A DNA stretch of 24,000 nucleotides from Propionibacteriaceae bacterium Y1923 (GTDB lineage Bacteria > Actinomycetota > Actinomycetes > Propionibacteriales > Propionibacteriaceae), in assembly GCA_050157085.1 (NCBI GenBank), contig CP189724.1:2751761-2775760 (forward strand), written 5' to 3'. Shown in pieces: positions 6,323 through 13,103 of the stretch. Numbering within the stretch: position 1 is the stretch's first letter; every line of letters begins with the position of its first letter. A program made the position numbers and the translations under genes. The notes beneath the pieces were generated by a model that saw nothing but the letters and a program-made list of their open reading frames with translations, ran no database searches and was not told the DNA's origin.

Positions 6323-7657
6323 GTGAGCGACGGATTCGACCAGGGTGTGGACCGCACTCCCCCGCAGGACCTGGCTGCCGAGCAGAGCGTGCTCGGCGCG
6401 ATGTTGATGAGCAAGGACGCCATCGCCAACGTCGTCGAGGTGCTCAAGGGGCGCGACTTCTATCGTCCGGCCCATGAACTGATCTACGACGCCATCCTCG
6501 ACCTGTACGGCCGCGGCGAGCCGGCCGACCCGATCACCGTCGCCGACGAACTCGGCAAGCGTGGCGAGATCCAGCGGGTGGGCGGCCACGTCTACCTGGC
6601 CGACCTGCTGGCGAGCATCAGCATCGCCGCGAACGCGGGTTACTACGCCGAGATCGTGCGCGACAAGGCCGTGCTGCGCCGCCTGGTGGAGGCCTCGATC
6701 AAGGTCGCCCAGCTCGGTTACCAGGCCCAGGGTGATGTGGCCGACATCGTGGACGCCGCCCAGCAGGCGGTCTACGAGGTCGCCGACGGCAAGTCGAGTG
6801 AGGACTACCAGCCCCTCAAGGACCTGATCGAACCGACCATTGACGAGATCGAGGCGATCGAGGGCCGCAAGGGCGTGATGTCCGGCGTCCCGACCGGGTT
6901 CGCCGACCTCGACGACCTCACCAACGGCCTGCACGGCGGGCAGATGATCATCATCGCCGCCCGCCCCGCAGTCGGGAAGTCGACCCTCGCGCTGGACTTT
7001 GCCCGCGCGGCGGCGATCAAGCACAAGTTGACCACCGTCTTCTTCAGCCTCGAGATGAGCCGCACCGAGATCGTGATGCGCCTGCTGAGCGCCGAGGCGC
7101 AGGTCTTCCTCGGCTCGATCCGCGGCGGCAAGATGAACGACGAGGACTGGCGTCGCGTGGTCGCCAAGACCCCGCTGATCTCGGAGGCGCCGCTGTTCAT
7201 CGACGACTCACCGAACCTGACCATGATGGAGATCCGGGCGAAGGCCCGGCGCCTCAAGCAGCGCCACGACCTCAAGATGGTTGTCATCGACTACATGCAG
7301 CTGATGAGCTCGGGCAAGAAGGTCGAGAGCCGCCAGCTGGAGGTCTCGGAGTTCAGTCGCCAGATCAAGCTGCTGGCCAAGGAACTGGACGTGCCGGTGA
7401 TCGCGTTGAGCCAGCTCAACCGTGGGCCCGAACAGCGCGGCGACAAGAAGCCAATGCTGTCCGACCTGCGCGAGTCAGGTTCGTTGGAACAGGACGCCGA
7501 CATGGTCATCCTGCTGCACCGCGAAGACGTCTACGACGCCGAGAACCGCCCCGGCGAGGCCGACCTGGTCGTCGCGAAGCACCGCAACGGCCCGACGGGG
7601 ACGATCACGACCGCCTTCCAGGGGCACTACTCCCGGTTCGTCGACATGCAGGGCTGA
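6323..7657 (+). CDS. dnaB: Replicative DNA helicase DnaB (no intein)
   Basis: PPQDLAAEQSVLGAMLMS N-terminal domain. Walker A: ARPAVGKST. Also IDYMQLM, LSQLNRGPEQRGDKKPMLSDLRESGSLEQDAD and AKHRNGPTG. GTG start preceded by gaagggggg. Confidence 0.95.
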   Translation: MSDGFDQGVDRTPPQDLAAEQSVLGAMLMSKDAIANVVEVLKGRDFYRPAHELIYDAILDLYGRGEPADPITVADELGKRGEIQRVGGHVYLADLLASISIAANAGYYAEIVRDKAVLRRLVEASIKVAQLGYQAQGDVADIVDAAQQAVYEVADGKSSEDYQPLKDLIEPTIDEIEAIEGRKGVMSGVPTGFADLDDLTNGLHGGQMIIIAARPAVGKSTLALDFARAAAIKHKLTTVFFSLEMSRTEIVMRLLSAEAQVFLGSIRGGKMNDEDWRRVVAKTPLISEAPLFIDDSPNLTMMEIRAKARRLKQRHDLKMVVIDYMQLMSSGKKVESRQLEVSEFSRQIKLLAKELDVPVIALSQLNRGPEQRGDKKPMLSDLRESGSLEQDADMVILLHREDVYDAENRPGEADLVVAKHRNGPTGTITTAFQGHYSRFVDMQG

Positions 7658-7669
7658 GCCCGCTCAGCC
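7652..7669. terminator. Palindrome spanning the convergent stop codons of dnaB and the VOC gene (possible bidirectional terminator)
   Basis: GGCTGAGC-cc-GCTCAGCC has 8-bp arms. It contains the dnaB TGA (7655-7657) and the complement of the VOC stop (7664-7666). Confidence 0.3.
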
Positions 7670-8086
7670 GGGCTGGTTGCCGGGGACGTTGATCTCCCAG
7701 AGCAGGCCGAACCTGTCACGGACCTGGCCGTAGGTGTCGCCCCAGGGCGCCTGCTCCAGGGGCAGGACGACCTCGCCGCCGGCCGCGAGCTTGCCGGCCA
7801 GCACGTGGCCGTCGTCCACGGTGTCGGGGACGAGCATGATCGAGTAGGCGCTCGGGGCCAGCGGCAGGCTGTCGTCCATGGCGTCACCGCCGACCAGGTG
7901 CAGGCCCTCGGCGGTCAGGTCGGCGTGGGCGACGGCCTCGCCGGGGGGTTCGACCTCCATGCCCATGGGCGGGAAGTCGGCGTAGCGCAGGATCTGGACC
8001 TCACCACCGAAGACCTCGTGGTAGAAGGTGAAGGCTTCGGCGGCATTGCCGGGGAACTGGATCGAGATGGTGGAGGACAGGGTCAT
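7664..8086 (-). CDS. VOC/glyoxalase-fold family protein (PhnB-like), 140 aa
   Basis: MTLSSTISIQFPGNAAEAFTFYHEVFGGE...APWGDTYGQVRDRFGLLWEIN is typical of the PhnB-like VOC family. AAGGAG lies 6 nt upstream of ATG 8086. Confidence 0.8.
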   Translation of the reverse strand: MTLSSTISIQFPGNAAEAFTFYHEVFGGEVQILRYADFPPMGMEVEPPGEAVAHADLTAEGLHLVGGDAMDDSLPLAPSAYSIMLVPDTVDDGHVLAGKLAAGGEVVLPLEQAPWGDTYGQVRDRFGLLWEINVPGNQPG

Positions 8087-8223
8087 GATCGACTCCTTCG
8101 ATCGGCGCGGGCAGCGGCCGCTGCACAAGTGGCACCGGGGTCAACGCTACGCCCCGGCCGTGGCGCTGTCCGGTGATTGCACAGTGGCACCAAGACTGCT
8201 GCGCGCCTCGTCCGGCGGCGAAG

Positions 8224-8252
8224 TTGACAGTTCAACCATCGACACGTAGATT
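8224..8252 (+). promoter_or_regulatory. Near-consensus housekeeping-sigma promoter for the YceI gene
   Basis: TTGACA (8224-8229), a 17-nt spacer, then TAGATT (8247-8252), inside a locally AT-rich patch about 45 nt upstream of ATG 8297. Confidence 0.55.
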
Positions 8253-8296
8253 AGTTGCGTATTCAACTTAAGTCCTCGTCACCCCAAGGAACTCAC

Positions 8297-9028
8297 ATGT
8301 CTGACCTGAACCAGCTCTCCGGCACCTACACCATCGACCCGAGCCACACCGAGATCGGCTTCGTCGCCCGTCACGCGATGGTGACCAAGGTCCGTGGTTC
8401 GTTCACCGAGTTCGAGGGCACCGCCTCGACCGAGGCCGGCCTCGTCAATGCCAAGATCAACCTGACCGCCCAGGTCGCCTCGGTCTCCACCGGCAGCGCC
8501 GACCGCGACGGCCACCTCAAGAGCGCCGACTTCTTCGACGTCGAGAACTACCCCACCATCACCTTCACCTCGACCGAGGTCAGCGCCCCGGTCGCCGACC
8601 AGCTGCGCGTGACCGGCGACCTGACCATCAAGGATGTCACTCGTCCGGTCACCATCGACTTCGAGTTCGAGGGCGCCGCCCAGGACCCCTTCGGCAACGA
8701 GCGCGTGGGCCTGTCGGGCAGCGTGGTGGTCAACCGCAAGGACTTCGGCCTGACCTGGAACGCCGCCCTCGAGACCGGTGGCGTGCTGGTCTCCGAAGAC
8801 ATCACCCTCAACTTCGAGGTCTCGGCCATCAAGGCCGTCGAGGCTGCCGCTGAGGAGGCCGCTGTCGAGGAGGCTCCCGTGGCCGAGGCTGCTGCCCCGG
8901 TTGCTGAGGCCGCTGCCCCCCAGGCCGAGGCCCCCAAGGCTGAGGAGGCTCCCGCTCGCGCCCAGGCCCGTCAGGGCGGGTTCATGGGCTGGGTGAAGAA
9001 CCTGTTCTCGTCCTCCTCGACCCGCTGA
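8297..9028 (+). CDS. YceI-family (polyisoprenoid-binding lipocalin-like) protein with an A/E/P-rich C-terminal extension, 243 aa
   Basis: GTYTIDPSHTEIGFVARHAMVTKVRGSF.EF.G...DRDGHLKSADFFDVENYPTITF...LTIKDVTRPV is the canonical YceI core. The tail from about residue 180 reads AVEAAAEEAAVEEAPVAEAAAPVAEAAAPQAEAPKAEEAPARAQARQGGFMGWVKNLFSSSSTR. No signal peptide is evident. Confidence 0.85.
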   Translation: MSDLNQLSGTYTIDPSHTEIGFVARHAMVTKVRGSFTEFEGTASTEAGLVNAKINLTAQVASVSTGSADRDGHLKSADFFDVENYPTITFTSTEVSAPVADQLRVTGDLTIKDVTRPVTIDFEFEGAAQDPFGNERVGLSGSVVVNRKDFGLTWNAALETGGVLVSEDITLNFEVSAIKAVEAAAEEAAVEEAPVAEAAAPVAEAAAPQAEAPKAEEAPARAQARQGGFMGWVKNLFSSSSTR

Positions 9029-9062
9029 GGCCGCCGGCAAGCCCTACTTGCCCTACATCGGT

Positions 9063-9102
9063 GCACTTGCCCCCGTTCCGGAACGGGGGCAAGTGCGTTT
9101 TT
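9063..9102 (+). terminator. Rho-independent terminator of the YceI gene
   Basis: Perfect palindrome: gcacttgcccccgttc (9063-9078) pairs with gaacgggggcaagtgc (9081-9096) around a central cg. This gives a stem of up to about 15 bp with a small tetraloop (tccgga region), followed by gttttt. Confidence 0.85.
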
Positions 9103-9136
9103 CTAGCGCATGGGGCGGTCGCGCGCCAGAAACCAA

Positions 9137-9165
9137 TTGTGACCTGCGCCAGATCGCCGTATCGT
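9137..9165 (+). promoter_or_regulatory. Candidate promoter for the MFS transporter gene
   Basis: TTGTGA (9137-9142), a 17-nt spacer, then TATCGT (9160-9165), about 38 nt upstream of ATG 9203. Motif match only. Confidence 0.3.
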
Positions 9166-9202
9166 GGCAGGGCGTTCCACGCAGCACCGGAGGAGATGGG
9201 CG

Positions 9203-10642
9203 ATGACCGAGGCAGACCACCCGACTCCTGACGCGCACCCGGCCGGGGTCGAGCTGCGGAACCCGGACGCGGTCGACACCAGCCGTCGTCCGCCCGAGCA
9301 GCGACGCCGGACCTTCCACAAGATCCTGCTCAACACCGGCCTGGCCAACATCACCACCGGCTACCTGTGGTTCGCGCTGGTCTTCTGGATCTACCTCGAG
9401 ACCCGCAACGTCATCGCCACCGGGGTACTCGGCGGCGGCTACATGCTGGCGCTGAGTGTCAGCTCCATCAGCTTCGGCACGCTGGTCGACCGGTTTCGCA
9501 AGCTCACCCTGATGCGCTGGGCGAGCATGTTCACCCTGGGCATGTTCGCCATCGCAGCCTCGCTGTTCTTCCTGGCCCCCGAGGGCGCGCTGACCGACCT
9601 GACCCAGCACTGGATCTGGCTGCTCGGCCTGTCGATCCTGCTGGGTGCCGTGGTCGAGAACATGCGCAACATCGCCCTCTCGACGACCGTCACGATCCTG
9701 ATCGACCCGGACGAACGGGCCCAGGCGAACGGTCTGGTCGGGGTGGTCGGCGGCCTGGCGTTCATGGTGACCAGCGTGCTGTCGGGGATCTCGGTGGGCC
9801 AGTTGGGCATGGGCTGGACCATGGTCATCGCGGTCGGGCTGACCTTCGTGTCGTGGGGCCACCTGCTGACCCTCACCATGCCCGAAGAAGTCGAACCCGC
9901 CGCCTCGGACGCCCGGGGCAACTTCGACCTGGCCGGTGCCTGGAAGTCGGTGTCCGCGGTGCCCGGCCTGTTCGCCCTGATCATCTTCTCGACCTTCAAC
10001 AACCTGGTCGGCGGGGTCTACTCCGCACTGCTCGACCCCTATGGCCTGGAGATCTTCAGCGTCGAGCTGTGGGGCATCCTGTTCGCGGTCGCCGGCACGG
10101 GGTTCCTGGTCGGCGGCGCGATCATCGGCAAGTTCGGGCTCGGCAAGAACCCACTGCGGACGATGCTGCTGTGCGTGGTCGGGATGGGCCTGCTCGGTGC
10201 GGTGTTCACGATCCGCGAGTGGGGCTGGTTGTTCATGGTCGGCATCTGGATCTACATGGTGCTGATCCCGGCGATCGAGGCCGCCGAACAGACCGTGATC
10301 CAACGGGTGGTGCCGCTGGAGCGGCAGGGCCGGGTCTTCGGGTTCGCCGGTGCGGTCGAACTGGCCGCAGCCCCGTTCACGGCCTTCCTGATCGCCCCGA
10401 TCGCCGAGTTGTGGATCCTGCCGTGGTCGCGCTCGGAGGCGGGCGCGGCAGCCCTTCGTCCGCTGTTGGGTGAGGGCACAGGACGCGGGATCGCGCTGGT
10501 CTTCCTGGTCGCCGGACTGGTGATGGTGCTGGCCGCTGTCGCCGCGTTCTTCACCCCCGTCTACCGACAGGTCAGCCGCATCTACGCCGAGCAGTCCGCC
10601 AAGGACGCCGAGGAACAGGCCGCACTGGCCGCTACCGAGTAG
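9203..10642 (+). CDS. MFS transporter (12-TM type, efflux-like), 479 aa
   Basis: Alternating hydrophobic helices throughout. Charged inter-helix loop motifs are typical of MFS (GTLVDRFRK after TM2; loop ERQGRVFG late in the C-terminal half). GGAGGA lies 8 nt before ATG 9203; the track start at 9164 lacks an SD. Confidence 0.85.
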   Translation: MTEADHPTPDAHPAGVELRNPDAVDTSRRPPEQRRRTFHKILLNTGLANITTGYLWFALVFWIYLETRNVIATGVLGGGYMLALSVSSISFGTLVDRFRKLTLMRWASMFTLGMFAIAASLFFLAPEGALTDLTQHWIWLLGLSILLGAVVENMRNIALSTTVTILIDPDERAQANGLVGVVGGLAFMVTSVLSGISVGQLGMGWTMVIAVGLTFVSWGHLLTLTMPEEVEPAASDARGNFDLAGAWKSVSAVPGLFALIIFSTFNNLVGGVYSALLDPYGLEIFSVELWGILFAVAGTGFLVGGAIIGKFGLGKNPLRTMLLCVVGMGLLGAVFTIREWGWLFMVGIWIYMVLIPAIEAAEQTVIQRVVPLERQGRVFGFAGAVELAAAPFTAFLIAPIAELWILPWSRSEAGAAALRPLLGEGTGRGIALVFLVAGLVMVLAAVAAFFTPVYRQVSRIYAEQSAKDAEEQAALAATE

Positions 10643-10741
10643 GGCGTCGCCCACCACCCGAGGTCCTTCCAACACAAGCGACACGCGCTTCGCTATGTAA
10701 GCGCCGATTCACATTCGCGAGCGCTGGCCCACGAACCCGGG

Positions 10742-11524
10742 TCAGCTCATCAGTAGCCGGATCAGGCCGATGAGCCCGACCACGACGATGACCACCCGCA
10801 GGGCCCCCGGCCGCAGCCGCCGCCCGTAGCGAGCCCCCAGCAGGCCGCCGATGGTCGAACCGACCGCGATCACCAGTACCACGTCCCACAGGATCCGGTC
10901 GGGGGCGACCAGGGTGTAGGTCACTGCTGCGACGACGTTGACCACCAGGGCGAGCACGTTCTTGGCAGCGTTGAGCCGCTGCAGGTCCTCACTGAGCAGG
11001 GCGCCGGTCAGGCCCATCAGCAGGATGCCCTGGGCGGCGGTGAAGTAGCCGCCGTAGATGCCCACGGCGAAGGTGCCGACCAGCAGCAGAATCATCCGCC
11101 CTCGTCCCAGCGGGGCATCAGCATCGGACGAACCACCCGTGCGTCGCCTCACCCAGTCCTGGATGCGGGGTTGGAACACGACCAGCAGCAGCGCCAGCAC
11201 CAGCAGGCCCGGCACGACGGTCGCGAACACGGTCTCGGGCAGGTGCAGCAGCAGCCAGCAGCCGACCAGGGCACCGCACAGCGACATGATCACCTGCCAG
11301 CGCAGGCGTTTCCACTGGCCGCGCAACTCCCGGCGGTAGCCCCAGGCCCCCGACGCGGAACCGGCGACCAGCCCGATCGCATTCGACATGGTCGCCGAAA
11401 CCGGCACCACCCCGAAGGCGATCAGGGTGGGGAAGGTGATCAGGGTGCCGGAGCCGACCAGCGCGTTGATGGCGCCCGCCGCGATCGCTGCGATCGCGAG
11501 CAGGGCGAGTTCACCCAGCGTCAC
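10742..11524 (-). CDS. TauE/SafE-family anion (sulfite/organosulfonate-type) exporter permease
   Basis: GAINALVGSGTLITFPTLIAFGV at the N-terminus with a duplicated 4-TM half, typical of DUF81/TauE. The GTG start overlaps the upstream stop as GTGA (11521-11524). Confidence 0.85.
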   Translation of the reverse strand: MTLGELALLAIAAIAAGAINALVGSGTLITFPTLIAFGVVPVSATMSNAIGLVAGSASGAWGYRRELRGQWKRLRWQVIMSLCGALVGCWLLLHLPETVFATVVPGLLVLALLLVVFQPRIQDWVRRRTGGSSDADAPLGRGRMILLLVGTFAVGIYGGYFTAAQGILLMGLTGALLSEDLQRLNAAKNVLALVVNVVAAVTYTLVAPDRILWDVVLVIAVGSTIGGLLGARYGRRLRPGALRVVIVVVGLIGLIRLLMS

Positions 11525-12069
11525 TGGAGGGTGGCCGTCACCTCGACGGCGACCTCGTCGCCCACCTTGAGGGCGCCCATCATCAGGCTGTAGGGCTTGA
11601 TCCCGTAGCGGGTCTGGGTGATGGTGCCGCTCACCCGGAAGCCGGCCTCGGTGGCCTCGATGTCGAACTGCTGCACCTCGTTGCGGGCCCCCAGGGTGAG
11701 GGTGCCCTCCATCTTCGCCTTGTCCCAGGCGCCGGCGATGGCGGTCGAGGTGAAGGTCAGTTCGGGGTTGGCCGAGACCCCCAGCGAGCTGGCGGCGTTC
11801 TTCTCGATCTGGGCCCGGTCCCCGTCGCTGAGCGGCTTGAGTCCCCCGTGGCCCTCACGCACCGACAGCGATCCCAGCTGGGCGACCACCCGCAGCGACG
11901 TGGTCTCGGGTGAGTCGCCGACCACGACGGTCGCGGTCCAGTCGCGGACGACGAGGGTCAGGTTGTGGCCGGCCTTGGCCATGCGTCCCTCGCTCGTGGT
12001 GCGGAGCAACAGGTCACACGTCTGGGGGCCGAGGTCAAAGCTGCCGGCGATCGGGTTCATGGCTCCCAT
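11521..12069 (-). CDS. YceI-like domain protein (no signal peptide); start ambiguous (12060, 12069 or 12081)
   Basis: F.LGP....L.....EGRMAKAGHNLTL...W.A...VG...LTFTST..........GTLTL......V.F....T........G...I.QT.YGIKPYS..MGALKV.DEV.V resembles the YceI fold pattern. It overlaps the upstream gene stop (12035) by 26-35 nt. Confidence 0.7.
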   Translation of the reverse strand: MGAMNPIAGSFDLGPQTCDLLLRTTSEGRMAKAGHNLTLVVRDWTATVVVGDSPETTSLRVVAQLGSLSVREGHGGLKPLSDGDRAQIEKNAASSLGVSANPELTFTSTAIAGAWDKAKMEGTLTLGARNEVQQFDIEATEAGFRVSGTITQTRYGIKPYSLMMGALKVGDEVAVEVTATLQ

Positions 12070-13018
12070 CGTGCCACGCATCCCACCAGCGCAGCACACG
12101 CAGCGCATGGAAGGTCAGCCACCGCGACGGCTCCCCCTGCCCGGAGTCGACCTCGAACCAGACCCGACCCTGCTTGGCCACCTGCTGGTGCCAGGTGCCG
12201 TCGTCGTCGCGGGCACGGCGCAGGTCGTCGATGGCTTCGGCGAGCCGTTCGTCCGGGCCGGTGCCGTCGACCTGGGCGGCGGCACGGAAGTAGTCGAGCG
12301 CACGCAGGGCGCTGTACCAGCCGCGGTAGGGGTAGGACAGGTGGTTGACCCAGCCGTCGTGCCGCTCACCGGTGCTGAGCCGACGCAGCAGTCCGCGGGC
12401 CAACAGGTACTCCTCGGCCTGGCGCCGGGCGGGCTGCAGGGCCAGGTCACCGGTGCGCTGCTCGTAGTCGAGGATGCCGACCAGGCCGTTCAGGGTGGAA
12501 TGGAACGAGGCCCGCGTCGAGCCGTTGACCCACTCGCAGTTCCAGCCGCCCTCGTCCAGCTGGTGGTCGCCCAGCCAGGTCACGATGGGGCTGACGTCGG
12601 TGCCCAGCCAGCCCCCGTTGGCCAGGGTGAAGGCGTTGATGCAGGCGTCGACCTCACCGTCCCAGTAGGGCAGGTCGTCGTACTCCCAGCGGGCGTTGGC
12701 GCGCAGCAGGCCGGCGGTGTCGGGCCTCAGCGCCGTGGGCTCCACTCCCCATTCGCGCAGTTGGTTGAGCGACCAGGTGGTCGCGGTCCACGGCTGTGGT
12801 TCGTCCTCGGTGACATCGGCGGGGAAGAATGCGCCGCCGGCCCACTGGCCGTCGGGCTGCTGCAGGGCGAGCAGGGCGGCCCCGTGCCCCTCGGTGGCGA
12901 CCCGCGCGCGGGTGGCCTTCCAGACCGAATCCGGTTCGTCGGCCAGGTCGCGTTCGACCTGCCAGCGAAGACTCGGGTCGGAATCGAGCAACCAGCCCTT
13001 CAGGGCGTCGGGTGTCAT
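12035..13018 (-). CDS. Prenyltransferase/squalene-oxidase-repeat (alpha/alpha-toroid, terpenoid-cyclase-like) protein, 327 aa
   Basis: Three QW-like repeats: LQQPDGQWAGG, HQLDEGGWNCEW and ARDDDGTWHQQ. These are spaced as in terpene cyclase or prenyltransferase beta-subunit repeats. N-terminal DPSLRWQVERDL motif. No SD is evident upstream of ATG 13018. Confidence 0.65.
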   Translation of the reverse strand: MTPDALKGWLLDSDPSLRWQVERDLADEPDSVWKATRARVATEGHGAALLALQQPDGQWAGGAFFPADVTEDEPQPWTATTWSLNQLREWGVEPTALRPDTAGLLRANARWEYDDLPYWDGEVDACINAFTLANGGWLGTDVSPIVTWLGDHQLDEGGWNCEWVNGSTRASFHSTLNGLVGILDYEQRTGDLALQPARRQAEEYLLARGLLRRLSTGERHDGWVNHLSYPYRGWYSALRALDYFRAAAQVDGTGPDERLAEAIDDLRRARDDDGTWHQQVAKQGRVWFEVDSGQGEPSRWLTFHALRVLRWWDAWHDGSHEPDRRQL

Positions 13019-13038
13019 GGGCCAACGCTACGCCGCAA

Positions 13039-13069
13039 GTGCCCCGCAGTCACCAGGACTGCGGGGCAC
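13039..13069 (-). terminator. Hairpin downstream of the LRR/FG-GAP gene (terminator or attenuator), 20 nt upstream of the toroid gene start
   Basis: 11-bp perfect stem: gtgccccgcag (13039-13049) pairs with ctgcggggcac (13059-13069), with a 9-nt loop. No U-tract. Confidence 0.55.
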
Positions 13070-13103
13070 CCTTGGCGCTGGCGCGGGGTGCGCCGGGTGT
13101 GGG

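Noticed and set aside
5536-6477. 313-aa ORF spanning the intergenic gap, guaD (out of frame) and the dnaB start. Also the small ORFs 5552..5773 (+), 5560..5769 (-) and 5606..5962 (-).
   Set aside because: Pro/Arg/Ser-rich translations with no SD that run across two well-supported genes. The gap is better explained as regulatory DNA (DnaA boxes and promoters).
10685-10704. Small hairpin gcgctt-n8-aagcgc in the lower-GC gap between the convergent MFS and TauE genes, considered as a bidirectional terminator.
   Set aside because: The stem is only 6 bp and there is no U-tract, which is too weak to report as a feature. The gap probably contains termination signals, but I cannot define them.
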